In this document: one piece after another, positions 24,343 to 32,000 of the stretch | Numbering within the stretch: the stretch's first letter is position 1 | How the letters are laid out: each line of letters starts with the position of its first letter | From: Candidatus Lokiarchaeum ossiferum | GTDB taxonomy: Archaea; Asgardarchaeota; Lokiarchaeia; Sigyniarchaeales; Promethearchaeaceae | Reading direction: 5' to 3' | NCBI GenBank assembly: GCA_025839675.1 | Contig: CP104013.1 | Location: 450,001 to 482,000, forward strand | Length of the DNA: 32,000 nt | Program-made: the position numbers and the translations under genes | The notes under the pieces: generated by a model | Seen by the model: only the letters and a program-made list of their open reading frames with translations | Database searches by the model: none | What the model was told of the DNA's origin: nothing

Positions 24343-25380
24343 TTGTTGTCAGACATAATAAACGTGGAGACAAACCTAGCAATAAATTTTGAACATATAT
24401 ATGTAGGCTATGGAAAGAAGACTATTCTTTATGATATCAATCTGCAGATTAAAAAGGGAAATATGGTCGCAGTTATTGGAAATTCAGGAGCTGGAAAATC
24501 AACTGGTATTCGCTGTATGACGGCTCAAATTATTCCGCAAAACGGCAAGGCATACACATCAGGAATTTCGGTTAAGAACCGCGAAGATGTCCAAGGAATG
24601 ATCGGATATGTTCCACAACTTGAATATGTCTCCCTCTACTATGATTTTAATGCAATTCAAAATGCCTTATTCTTTGGAAGAAATTATGGTATCAAGGACG
24701 AAATTATCAAACAACGATGCCAAGAAATTATGGAGATTTTGGGGTTATCCCAAAAAGAATTTCTCAAAAAAAAGATCAAACTTCTCTCAGGTGGGGAACG
24801 AAAAAGAGTATCTATAATGATAGGGTTGATTAGTAATCCCGAAATCTTATTTTTAGATGAACCTACCACCGGATTAGATCCCCACTTGCGGATTGAAGTT
24901 TTGAATTTTTTACATAAGATCAACAAGAAATATGGAACCACCATTATGATCGTGTCCCACGATTTGGAATGCGTCGATTATTGCGATCAGGTTATAGTCT
25001 TCTCTGAAGGGGTCTTAGTAGACTCACGTAAACCACGTAATTGTGTAGAATCTTTACCGAACAAAGGATTCGGATATGAAATCACATTCGAAGAGCTCTC
25101 TATTGAACAAGAAGAAATATTAAGTTCAATTAAGAAACTAATCTATTTCTTACATATTGGAAGAAACAAATTCAAATTATTTGTTAATTCAAATACAGAT
25201 TTTGTAGAAATTGTCCAAATTTTAATTCAAAAGGGATTCAAAATTAAGAAATACAACAAAATGGACTCTACTTTTCTGGATTATTTTCGAATAATGTCAA
25301 AATACAAATATCCCGCAATTTCTACAAAGATGAAGCATGATGCAAAAATAAAACAACCTAAACTAAATGGAGAAAATTAA
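24343..25380 (+). CDS. ABC transporter ATP-binding protein (ABC-2/DrrA-like, with a C-terminal accessory domain)
   Basis: Walker A GNSGAGKST, Q-loop VPQ, signature LSGGERKR, Walker B ILFLDEPTTGLD, H-loop VSHD. TTG start preceded by a strong ribosome-binding site. Confidence 0.9.
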   Translation: MLSDIINVETNLAINFEHIYVGYGKKTILYDINLQIKKGNMVAVIGNSGAGKSTGIRCMTAQIIPQNGKAYTSGISVKNREDVQGMIGYVPQLEYVSLYYDFNAIQNALFFGRNYGIKDEIIKQRCQEIMEILGLSQKEFLKKKIKLLSGGERKRVSIMIGLISNPEILFLDEPTTGLDPHLRIEVLNFLHKINKKYGTTIMIVSHDLECVDYCDQVIVFSEGVLVDSRKPRNCVESLPNKGFGYEITFEELSIEQEEILSSIKKLIYFLHIGRNKFKLFVNSNTDFVEIVQILIQKGFKIKKYNKMDSTFLDYFRIMSKYKYPAISTKMKHDAKIKQPKLNGEN

Positions 25381-26512
25381 GATGGGATTTGAATTCCAAT
25401 TACGAAGTGTCAGAAATTCATTTGCTCGTACTTCAGCTCAAATCCATAAAGAAATCGATTGGTTTATTCATGATAAACTATCTTTATCAATATTATTTGG
25501 ACTACCATTGATAATTTTAGGATTGGTAGGTGGGGGGGCATTTACTGTAACAAATGTAGCAGGAACACCTCGTGTTTTCATTTTGGATTTAGATCAGACG
25601 GAATATTCATTGGCTTATATTAACAGTTTTCGCAATTCTACCTATTTTTCAATGGATGTTAAAGATAATTGGCATGAGCCAGAGTTAGTTTCATATGAAA
25701 ACTGTACGAGCATGATTTTAACTGACAGTTTGGATGCCTTTGTGATAATTCCAATGAATTTCACATCGCACTTGTTAAATAATAGAAGTGCTAATATAAA
25801 TCTCACGATTGACTATGATTCTGAAACAGGGGCTTTGGTCCCGACATATTTTAGGAATGGACATATCGTTTATCAATCGGAATTTCAAGTTTTTAATAGC
25901 GAAATTGTATATGAACCTACATTTCGACCAGATGAAGAGTTTACTTTCATAAAAATAATCCTTCCAATCATTATTCCTCTACTTTTATTTGTTTGTGCCA
26001 ATTTAGTTGCAAGTCAAAGCATTGTAGGAGATGAACCCCTTAAACGCATCCTCCTTACTCCTGCTCGAAAAATTGAAATTGTATTTTCGAAGTTTACAGC
26101 GTACGCTATCATGGGAGTAATACTTGCATTTGCTTCCTTAATTTTACTTAATGTTATTTTTCAGATTGAATTTTATTCATTCTTAAGTACATTTGTAATT
26201 GTTGCAGCTGTGCCGATATTCGGAGTATCTTATGGCATATTATTCAGCTGTTTATCCACATCAAAATTGCAAGCTGCTCAATTATCTTTATTTTCGTTTA
26301 TTTTTCAATTTGTATTTCTAATATTTATCAGAGTAGATCCTTTAGTAAAATTGATTCCGGCGGAAATAATTCGTGAAACTTTTACCCTCGTTGCTTTTCG
26401 AGGAGTCCCCTTTACTAAATTATGGCTTCAAATGGGACAAATTTTCTTGCATAACAGTGTTATTCTTTTACTATCTGTGTTATTATACAAACGAAAGAAA
26501 TTGGAGATTTAA
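25367..26512 (+). CDS. ABC-2 type permease with a large extracytoplasmic loop after TM1
   Basis: TM1 is LSILFGLPLIILGLVGG, followed by a hydrophilic loop of about 150 aa and then 5 TM helices, which is ABC-2 architecture (YbhS/YbhR-like). The start overlaps the upstream stop by 14 nt. The alternative ATG at 25382 has GGAG 9 nt upstream. Confidence 0.8.
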   Translation: MEKIKMGFEFQLRSVRNSFARTSAQIHKEIDWFIHDKLSLSILFGLPLIILGLVGGGAFTVTNVAGTPRVFILDLDQTEYSLAYINSFRNSTYFSMDVKDNWHEPELVSYENCTSMILTDSLDAFVIIPMNFTSHLLNNRSANINLTIDYDSETGALVPTYFRNGHIVYQSEFQVFNSEIVYEPTFRPDEEFTFIKIILPIIIPLLLFVCANLVASQSIVGDEPLKRILLTPARKIEIVFSKFTAYAIMGVILAFASLILLNVIFQIEFYSFLSTFVIVAAVPIFGVSYGILFSCLSTSKLQAAQLSLFSFIFQFVFLIFIRVDPLVKLIPAEIIRETFTLVAFRGVPFTKLWLQMGQIFLHNSVILLLSVLLYKRKKLEI

Positions 26513-26515
26513 GAA

Positions 26516-27829
26516 ATGGAACTAAACAATTTACCTGAGGCACAAGCAGATCAAACAGGTGATCAAACTTTAAACCCAAAACCAAGTCACGTAGCAAAAA
26601 ATAAAGCAAAACCTCAAAAAAATAAAACCTTGAATGCTTCAAAACACCTTATTCACTTAAAAAATCGAGTATCACGAATACATTCATTGATAAAGAAGGA
26701 AATTTCTGTCTTACTAAGAGATAAAGTTGCAATTATACTGCTCTTAGTTCTCCCAACATCTGTAATACTGTTAACTCACTTCATGAACGGAGATCAAAAT
26801 GTTAATGCTAATGTTGGTTCTGGAGAAAATGCCATGGGAAGTATGGGATTTACTTTCTCAGTCCCAAAAATTGGAATTATTGACCGTGATAACTCAGACG
26901 GGTATTATGGAGCAGATTTATCAGCACAATTTGCCCAAAATTTTGAAATTCTTGAAGAAAATGACCAATGTGTTTTAATCAGAGGCTATACTCAAAATGA
27001 ATATGAAGAAATGCTGGGAGAAGGGACTTTAAATGGCTATATTGTCATAAATACAGGTTTTGAATATAATTTATCGACTCATTTTGTTGCAATGTTTGAT
27101 ATATTTGTAGATTCCTATGATCAATTTGTAATGCAAGATGTTTTCAACGTTGTTGATAATGCGGTGTCCCTTTTAAAGAAAGACTTCAATTTTACAGGCG
27201 CAATAAGCATCAATACGGACTATGTCAATGTTCCAGAAACTGCAGGAGGTTTACGATCAATTTCAGCATTTTTCTATCCACTATTAGTTATGGCTCTTCC
27301 CATTCTCATCCAATCTCAATCTTTGATCGGAGATTTACCTAAAGATCGAATGGTTTTAACCCCCACAAATAAAGGAGAGATCTTACTTTCCAAATATATG
27401 GGAGGAATCATTGTTAACTCAAGCCTCTCATTTGTTGTTACTTTTGTATCCATAGGTTTGGGATTAAAAGCAGATGCGGGTTGGTTTGTTTATTTAATGC
27501 TAATGATAATTACAGTCATTATGGCAATATCCTTCGGTCTTTTAATTTCCGCAATTTCTAAAACCAGTTTGCAAGGTTTCCAATATGCACTTATCGTAAT
27601 CATTATGCAAGAGATGTTAATGCTGTTTATATCCAATGATAATTTTCTATCCGTTTTTCCTCTATATTGTGTGCAAGAACTGTATCGTGTTGGGGTTTTA
27701 AAAGGAATTCCTCTATTTTCTCTAACAAATTCAATAGGTATCCCTTATCTTGTAATTTTATTAATCGAAATCATTATGTTAGTTGGTCTTTCTTATCTAT
27801 TCTATAAAAAATCACGGAGTGTTATTTAA
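26516..27829 (+). CDS. Second ABC-2 type permease (paralogue of the preceding gene) with an N-terminal hydrophilic extension
   Basis: Same TM1, large loop and 5-TM layout, including the shared motif S(Q)S(I/L)(V/I)GD.P(L)KR..LTP. GGAG ribosome-binding motif upstream. It starts 3 nt after the previous stop. Confidence 0.8.
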   Translation: MELNNLPEAQADQTGDQTLNPKPSHVAKNKAKPQKNKTLNASKHLIHLKNRVSRIHSLIKKEISVLLRDKVAIILLLVLPTSVILLTHFMNGDQNVNANVGSGENAMGSMGFTFSVPKIGIIDRDNSDGYYGADLSAQFAQNFEILEENDQCVLIRGYTQNEYEEMLGEGTLNGYIVINTGFEYNLSTHFVAMFDIFVDSYDQFVMQDVFNVVDNAVSLLKKDFNFTGAISINTDYVNVPETAGGLRSISAFFYPLLVMALPILIQSQSLIGDLPKDRMVLTPTNKGEILLSKYMGGIIVNSSLSFVVTFVSIGLGLKADAGWFVYLMLMIITVIMAISFGLLISAISKTSLQGFQYALIVIIMQEMLMLFISNDNFLSVFPLYCVQELYRVGVLKGIPLFSLTNSIGIPYLVILLIEIIMLVGLSYLFYKKSRSVI

Positions 27830-27830
27830 A

Positions 27831-29645
27831 ATGAATCTATATGCGACAGATGCAGATCTTACAGGCAACAATAATCAAGATTTTGGAGGATTAGGGGAAC
27901 ATGGCTATTTCACAGCATCTCAATTTGAAGAATTATGGGAATGGGTCGATAAACGAATCCAAAATATGTTAAATATTTCAATAATTGGGACATATGGAAA
28001 AACAGGAATGGGATTTCAATTAAAAGGAAGAATTATCCCTCAACGCCACTCCTTAGAAAGAAAATCACTTATAATACTTTCATCCAATTTTGAGACATCA
28101 GATTCATCAAGTTCGATTCCCTACATCCTTGAGATTCATGGGAAATCTGTGAAAGGATTAAAAATACAGGGAAGAAAAGAAAAACTTTTGATAATCAATT
28201 ATGTTGTCGAAAATACCTTTCAGAAACCAAAAAAGAAAATGCGTGCATTCTCAAAAAGATATCTCTTTAGAGCATTTGAATATCAAGATCGATACTTGGT
28301 AGATTGGCATATTCGCATGGTGGCAATCGGTAAAATAATGGAAGTTGGGATTCCGCAGTATTCTATCATTGATGGTATGGTAGTCTCCAGAAAAAAATAT
28401 AAAAAAAAAATTCATCTTAAGGACTTCCACCTTCATTCAGATTTTTTGAGAACCGGTGATGATTCCGAATTGCCTTTCAAAAAAGCAGAACTATCGATTT
28501 ATCTAAGAAAAATGCGAACTCGCGATTATGAATATCACTATTTTGAACCAGAATTAGTGGTTGTGGTATTGGAAAAATCACGATTAATAAAACAAAACAT
28601 CATCTCGGTCAGAAACTTGACAGTGAAATTTGGAAAACGAGTCATAATTGATAAAGCTTCCTTTGACATTCGCCACGGGTCAATAATCGGAATCATTGGA
28701 GAAAGTGGAGCAGGAAAGAGCACGACGGTAAAATCAATGCTCGCACAAGTTCCATATAAAGGTGAAATCTCCATCATGGGAATCAATGCGCAAGAAACAA
28801 AAAGAATTGCACCTCATATTGGATTTGTTCCCCAAGATTTAACGATGATTTACCATGAATTCAATGCATTTGAAAATATGGTGCATTTTGGGACACAATA
28901 TAATTTAGAAGAACAAGAAATCACCCAAAAAGCTAAAAATATTCTGAAAGATTTAAATATGTCGAGATATATGGAAAAACCTGTTGAAGAATTATCTGGA
29001 GGACAAAAAAGGCGAGTCTCTATAGCAGTTGCATTAGTGCATGATCCTACTATTTTAATTCTTGATGAACCGACTTCAGGATTAGATCCAATGACTAGAT
29101 TCTCCCTATGGCGTTTTCTTGATCGAATAAACAAGCTTTATGGAATTACTTTAATCGTTATCTCTCATTATTTAGATGAAATTGAGTATTCAGATAAAAG
29201 CGCAATATATCTCAAAGGAATCGGGTTTTTTGATTATGATTCACCAGAAGGTTTAAAGAAAAAATTACCTGGGGGAGGAATGGCTCTCGAAATTACTTTG
29301 ATGGATATAGATCTGCGTGCGAATGAAATATTGGAAAAAATCCCACATGTTGAAGCAGTAATTCAACGTGGTGTCCGTCTTCGAGTTCTTTCAAATATTC
29401 ATACGGAAGAAATGAAAATAATTGTAGAAAGACATTTGAGGGAAGCTGGAATAGCGGTGTACTCACTCACTGCAGAAATTGAAGTAGATATGATGGATTA
29501 TTTCACTTATTTCAGTCGTAAGTTGGGATCTGGAAAAAATATGATCGAAACCAATGAAAAAAATAAACAAAAGCATATTAATTCAGAGTTGGAACATAAA
29601 AATTCACAAAAACAAATAGATGAGGAAAATCCCGATGAAATTTAA
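27831..29645 (+). CDS. ABC transporter ATP-binding protein with an N-terminal domain of about 265 aa and unknown function
   Basis: Walker A GESGAGKST, Q-loop VPQ, signature LSGGQKRR, Walker B LILDEPTSGLD, H-loop ISHY. I prefer the ATG at 27831 (1 nt after the previous stop, GGAG upstream) to the track start at 27783. The N-terminal 265 aa contain no motif I recognise. Confidence 0.85.
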   Translation: MNLYATDADLTGNNNQDFGGLGEHGYFTASQFEELWEWVDKRIQNMLNISIIGTYGKTGMGFQLKGRIIPQRHSLERKSLIILSSNFETSDSSSSIPYILEIHGKSVKGLKIQGRKEKLLIINYVVENTFQKPKKKMRAFSKRYLFRAFEYQDRYLVDWHIRMVAIGKIMEVGIPQYSIIDGMVVSRKKYKKKIHLKDFHLHSDFLRTGDDSELPFKKAELSIYLRKMRTRDYEYHYFEPELVVVVLEKSRLIKQNIISVRNLTVKFGKRVIIDKASFDIRHGSIIGIIGESGAGKSTTVKSMLAQVPYKGEISIMGINAQETKRIAPHIGFVPQDLTMIYHEFNAFENMVHFGTQYNLEEQEITQKAKNILKDLNMSRYMEKPVEELSGGQKRRVSIAVALVHDPTILILDEPTSGLDPMTRFSLWRFLDRINKLYGITLIVISHYLDEIEYSDKSAIYLKGIGFFDYDSPEGLKKKLPGGGMALEITLMDIDLRANEILEKIPHVEAVIQRGVRLRVLSNIHTEEMKIIVERHLREAGIAVYSLTAEIEVDMMDYFTYFSRKLGSGKNMIETNEKNKQKHINSELEHKNSQKQIDEENPDEI

Positions 29646-32000
29646 AACGCACAAATTTCTATCCATGGGGATGTTCATCCTAATTTTAGTTGCAAATAGC
29701 AACTCTTATGTTTACAACTGGGATCTGATAGATCTTACAGAAGAATCTCAATTTATTGAAAAATTATCATCTCCAACGCTTTTTATTGATCCACGAATAC
29801 AAACCGCAGCAAGTCAAGAAATAACAGAATTATCTTTAGTTATTTCAACATATGAAGATTCATTTAGTTTTGTTTTAGAAATGTTGTACTCCATAGACGG
29901 AATAAGCATTATCCAAGATTTTTCTGTATTTAATCAAATTGTGATTCAATCGAGGGTAAATTCAATTTCAATTCTTGAGAAAATGGCTGGAATAAAAGGA
30001 ATTTACCTTAATACTGCCCAAAAAATTGAGACGTTTTCTCAAAAACCCCCAATTAGTTCTTCTACTGATCTTGAAGAACAGAAAACCGATTCTATTTTTG
30101 GTTATAATGTAAGCGAATTTCTCCGAAAAAATGAACTTTCAGCACTCACAGGTTTAAATGATTCACAACTACAGGGTAAAAATGCTGTGGTAGCCATGAT
30201 AGATGCAGGTATTGATTATTTGCTAGAGGATATGGATTATTTTGAAGGAACAGAAGGAATCAACGAGAATATATCAGATTATATGACAGATTTTCAGGAA
30301 AATTTCCTCGGATTCAACATGTTGAATCAAAATATTAGCTTCAATATCTTAGGAGCAGTAAGTATGATCCCCTACGAACCCCTCGCTTATACGGATTTTC
30401 GTGGAACTGGGACAAATTTTGCGGGACTTATTGGAGGAATGGGGGAAAACATTTCAGTTCACGATGATCCTCTGGATTTGAATTCGACAACTAATATTAA
30501 TTATACTGGTATCGCTCCAGGCTGTCAGTTACTTAACGTAAAAGTATTGGACTCCTTGGGTTTTACATATTATTCTTTCATCTTATCGGGTTTAAATTGG
30601 GCATTAGAAAGAGATGCAGACATCGCGTTTATACCTTGGTCATTTCCAGGTTATGCTGATGATCCTATCTGTCAAGCAGTGGATAGACTCAATCAAGAAG
30701 GAGTGGTTGTGGTAACTGCGGCAGGTGATGATGGTCCTGCGTATACTTCAGTTTTCTCCCCTGCTCAAGCGAAAACTGCCATTCGTGTTGGAGCTTATGA
30801 TCAATATCAAGAGATCATCGCAAATTTCAGTAGTCGTGGACCCACTTCAGACATGCGAACAGCGATCGATTTATCAGCACCTGCATTTAATATTGCTGGA
30901 CCATCAACTTCATTAGCTTATGATGCAAATAATCAGTCTTTAACATTCTTTAATTCAAGTAAAAGTTCTGCTGCAATAGTTGTTGGGGCGATTGCAATTC
31001 TGATCGGTGCTTTTCCATCAATAACTCCGGAAATGATCAAAATTGCACTTATGAAAACTGCAACACCACTTTCTTCCTATGCAAATCCTAATGAAGAAGG
31101 GTTTGGATTACTCAACCTTGTAGCAGCCATACAATTTATTCAAAGGTACTATGAAACCGATGAATTCCCCGATCGAGTTTTGACAGTAAATCCATATCCA
31201 GGTATGATAACCAATATAGATATGCTAGAAGTCAAAGAAAATTTAAATTTGTATAATAGCTCCCAAGATATTAATCTGTTTGCCATCACCGGTAACCAAG
31301 CTTTAATGACAGCGTTAGTATGCATGAATTTGACACAACTTCAAGGATTAGGAAATGGAAGTGTTCCAGATATCCACTTACCCTTGAATATTTTTGGTTT
31401 TAGTTTCAATACCACTTATGTTTCCTTTCTGGAATTGGATGTTGAACGTGAGATGGATGTTATGTTTAAGACCACAGATCCATCCTTCTATTCTAGATAT
31501 AGTAGTGTATTATCCTATCAAGATGAAATATTTATCACAGTATCAATAGAATCATGGAGTTATATATATGATACCACAATTCCAGATTATAATCCAGGAT
31601 TGCCAATTGATCCAGATAGCCCAGAACTTCCCGAAAATATTACTGCGTGGGAAGATTTTGATTTTTCACAAATAAATTCCACAGATTATTGGACTGAACA
31701 ATTTGGATTCAATTATACAGGGAGAGTGCCTGTATTTAAGTTTAATTTTGGTTTTATTAACTATGGAAACCGAAATTTTGACAATTTGACTCTTCACTCA
31801 TCCTTCAAATCGGATTTATATTTGAATGAACAAGGGATAACCGATTATAACGACATGAATGCAATGCCAACAGATATTTTAGATGCAGGTATTGACGATA
31901 TCTGGGAATATAATGCAACAAATGAAATGTTCTTAACCCATGATCAATACACTCAAGGAGAAAATGCAACCTATGAATGGACATCGATATTATTTAATTC
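29635..32000 (+). CDS. Large secreted or membrane-anchored subtilase-like (peptidase S8 fold) glycoprotein, 3'-truncated by the window end; catalytic residues appear substituted
   Basis: This ORF is not in the supplied track because it has no stop in the window. I translated it by hand from the ATG at 29635 and found it open through 32000 (788+ codons). GAGGA ribosome-binding motif upstream, and an 11-nt overlap with the preceding gene. N-terminal signal-anchor FLSMGMFILILVA. Subtilase blocks: GKNAVVAMIDAGID (Asp block), YTDFRGTGTNFAGLIGG (His block), GIAPGCQLLNVKVLD, GVVVVTAAGDDG (Asn block), ANFSSRGP, FFNSSKSSAAIVVGAIAIL (Ser block). About 18 N-x-S/T sequons. Confidence 0.85.
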   Translation, partial: MKFKTHKFLSMGMFILILVANSNSYVYNWDLIDLTEESQFIEKLSSPTLFIDPRIQTAASQEITELSLVISTYEDSFSFVLEMLYSIDGISIIQDFSVFNQIVIQSRVNSISILEKMAGIKGIYLNTAQKIETFSQKPPISSSTDLEEQKTDSIFGYNVSEFLRKNELSALTGLNDSQLQGKNAVVAMIDAGIDYLLEDMDYFEGTEGINENISDYMTDFQENFLGFNMLNQNISFNILGAVSMIPYEPLAYTDFRGTGTNFAGLIGGMGENISVHDDPLDLNSTTNINYTGIAPGCQLLNVKVLDSLGFTYYSFILSGLNWALERDADIAFIPWSFPGYADDPICQAVDRLNQEGVVVVTAAGDDGPAYTSVFSPAQAKTAIRVGAYDQYQEIIANFSSRGPTSDMRTAIDLSAPAFNIAGPSTSLAYDANNQSLTFFNSSKSSAAIVVGAIAILIGAFPSITPEMIKIALMKTATPLSSYANPNEEGFGLLNLVAAIQFIQRYYETDEFPDRVLTVNPYPGMITNIDMLEVKENLNLYNSSQDINLFAITGNQALMTALVCMNLTQLQGLGNGSVPDIHLPLNIFGFSFNTTYVSFLELDVEREMDVMFKTTDPSFYSRYSSVLSYQDEIFITVSIESWSYIYDTTIPDYNPGLPIDPDSPELPENITAWEDFDFSQINSTDYWTEQFGFNYTGRVPVFKFNFGFINYGNRNFDNLTLHSSFKSDLYLNEQGITDYNDMNAMPTDILDAGIDDIWEYNATNEMFLTHDQYTQGENATYEWTSILFN

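Noticed and set aside
27783-27830. Upstream start at 27783 for the second ABC ATPase.
   Set aside because: The 16 extra codons overlap the end of the permease gene. The ATG at 27831 follows the permease stop by 1 nt and has a GGAG motif upstream, which is typical translational coupling.
28538-29134. Antisense ORFs 28538..28786 and 28850..29134 (also 24684..24944, 24608..24817 and 28251..28436) within the ABC ATPase genes.
   Set aside because: The sense frames carry unambiguous Walker A, signature and Walker B motifs. The antisense or alternative-frame peptides have no motifs and are typical shadow ORFs.
30725-30916. 63-aa ORF listed in the track within the last 2.4 kb.
   Set aside because: It is an out-of-frame ORF inside the long subtilase-like reading frame (29635 to beyond 32000), which I verified by hand translation to be continuously open and motif-bearing.

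Overview
This is an AT-rich window (about 30% G+C by eye) and densely coding. I read it as archaeal chromosome, most likely from an Asgard (Lokiarchaeia-like) lineage. That assignment is an inference from three things: a eukaryote-like actin, a Ras/Rab-like small GTPase and a vWA/PHD-finger protein lie side by side; the housekeeping genes are archaeal in style; and several starts are preceded by GGAGG or GGTGAT ribosome-binding motifs.

I support about 27 protein-coding genes:
- A cheW-cheA pair (1041-3419), preceded by a longin-like protein.
- An actin / small GTPase / vWA-PHD cluster (6393-9928).
- An FKBP-type PPIase and a glycosylation-sequon-rich surface protein.
- A 660-aa Asn/Gln/Ser-rich protein carrying a 12-nt tandem repeat.
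- A eukaryote-like protein kinase, two MFS transporters and a Sir2 deacetylase.
- A soluble Cys-rich sensor histidine kinase.
- A tightly coupled five-gene operon (24343 to the window end): two ABC ATPases, two ABC-2 permeases and a large secreted subtilase-like protein. That last ORF runs off the window and is absent from the supplied ORF track.

I found no rRNA, tRNA, CRISPR array, transposase or integrase.

The most unusual non-coding feature is a 650-bp gene-free gap (5379-6027). It contains a G+C-enriched island of about 300 nt with five phased GATAGTCA repeats and several hairpins. A TATA-like box lies upstream and oligo-T runs lie downstream, so it is a candidate for an undescribed structured ncRNA or an iteron-like array.

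All domain calls come from motif recognition by eye. No database search was possible.
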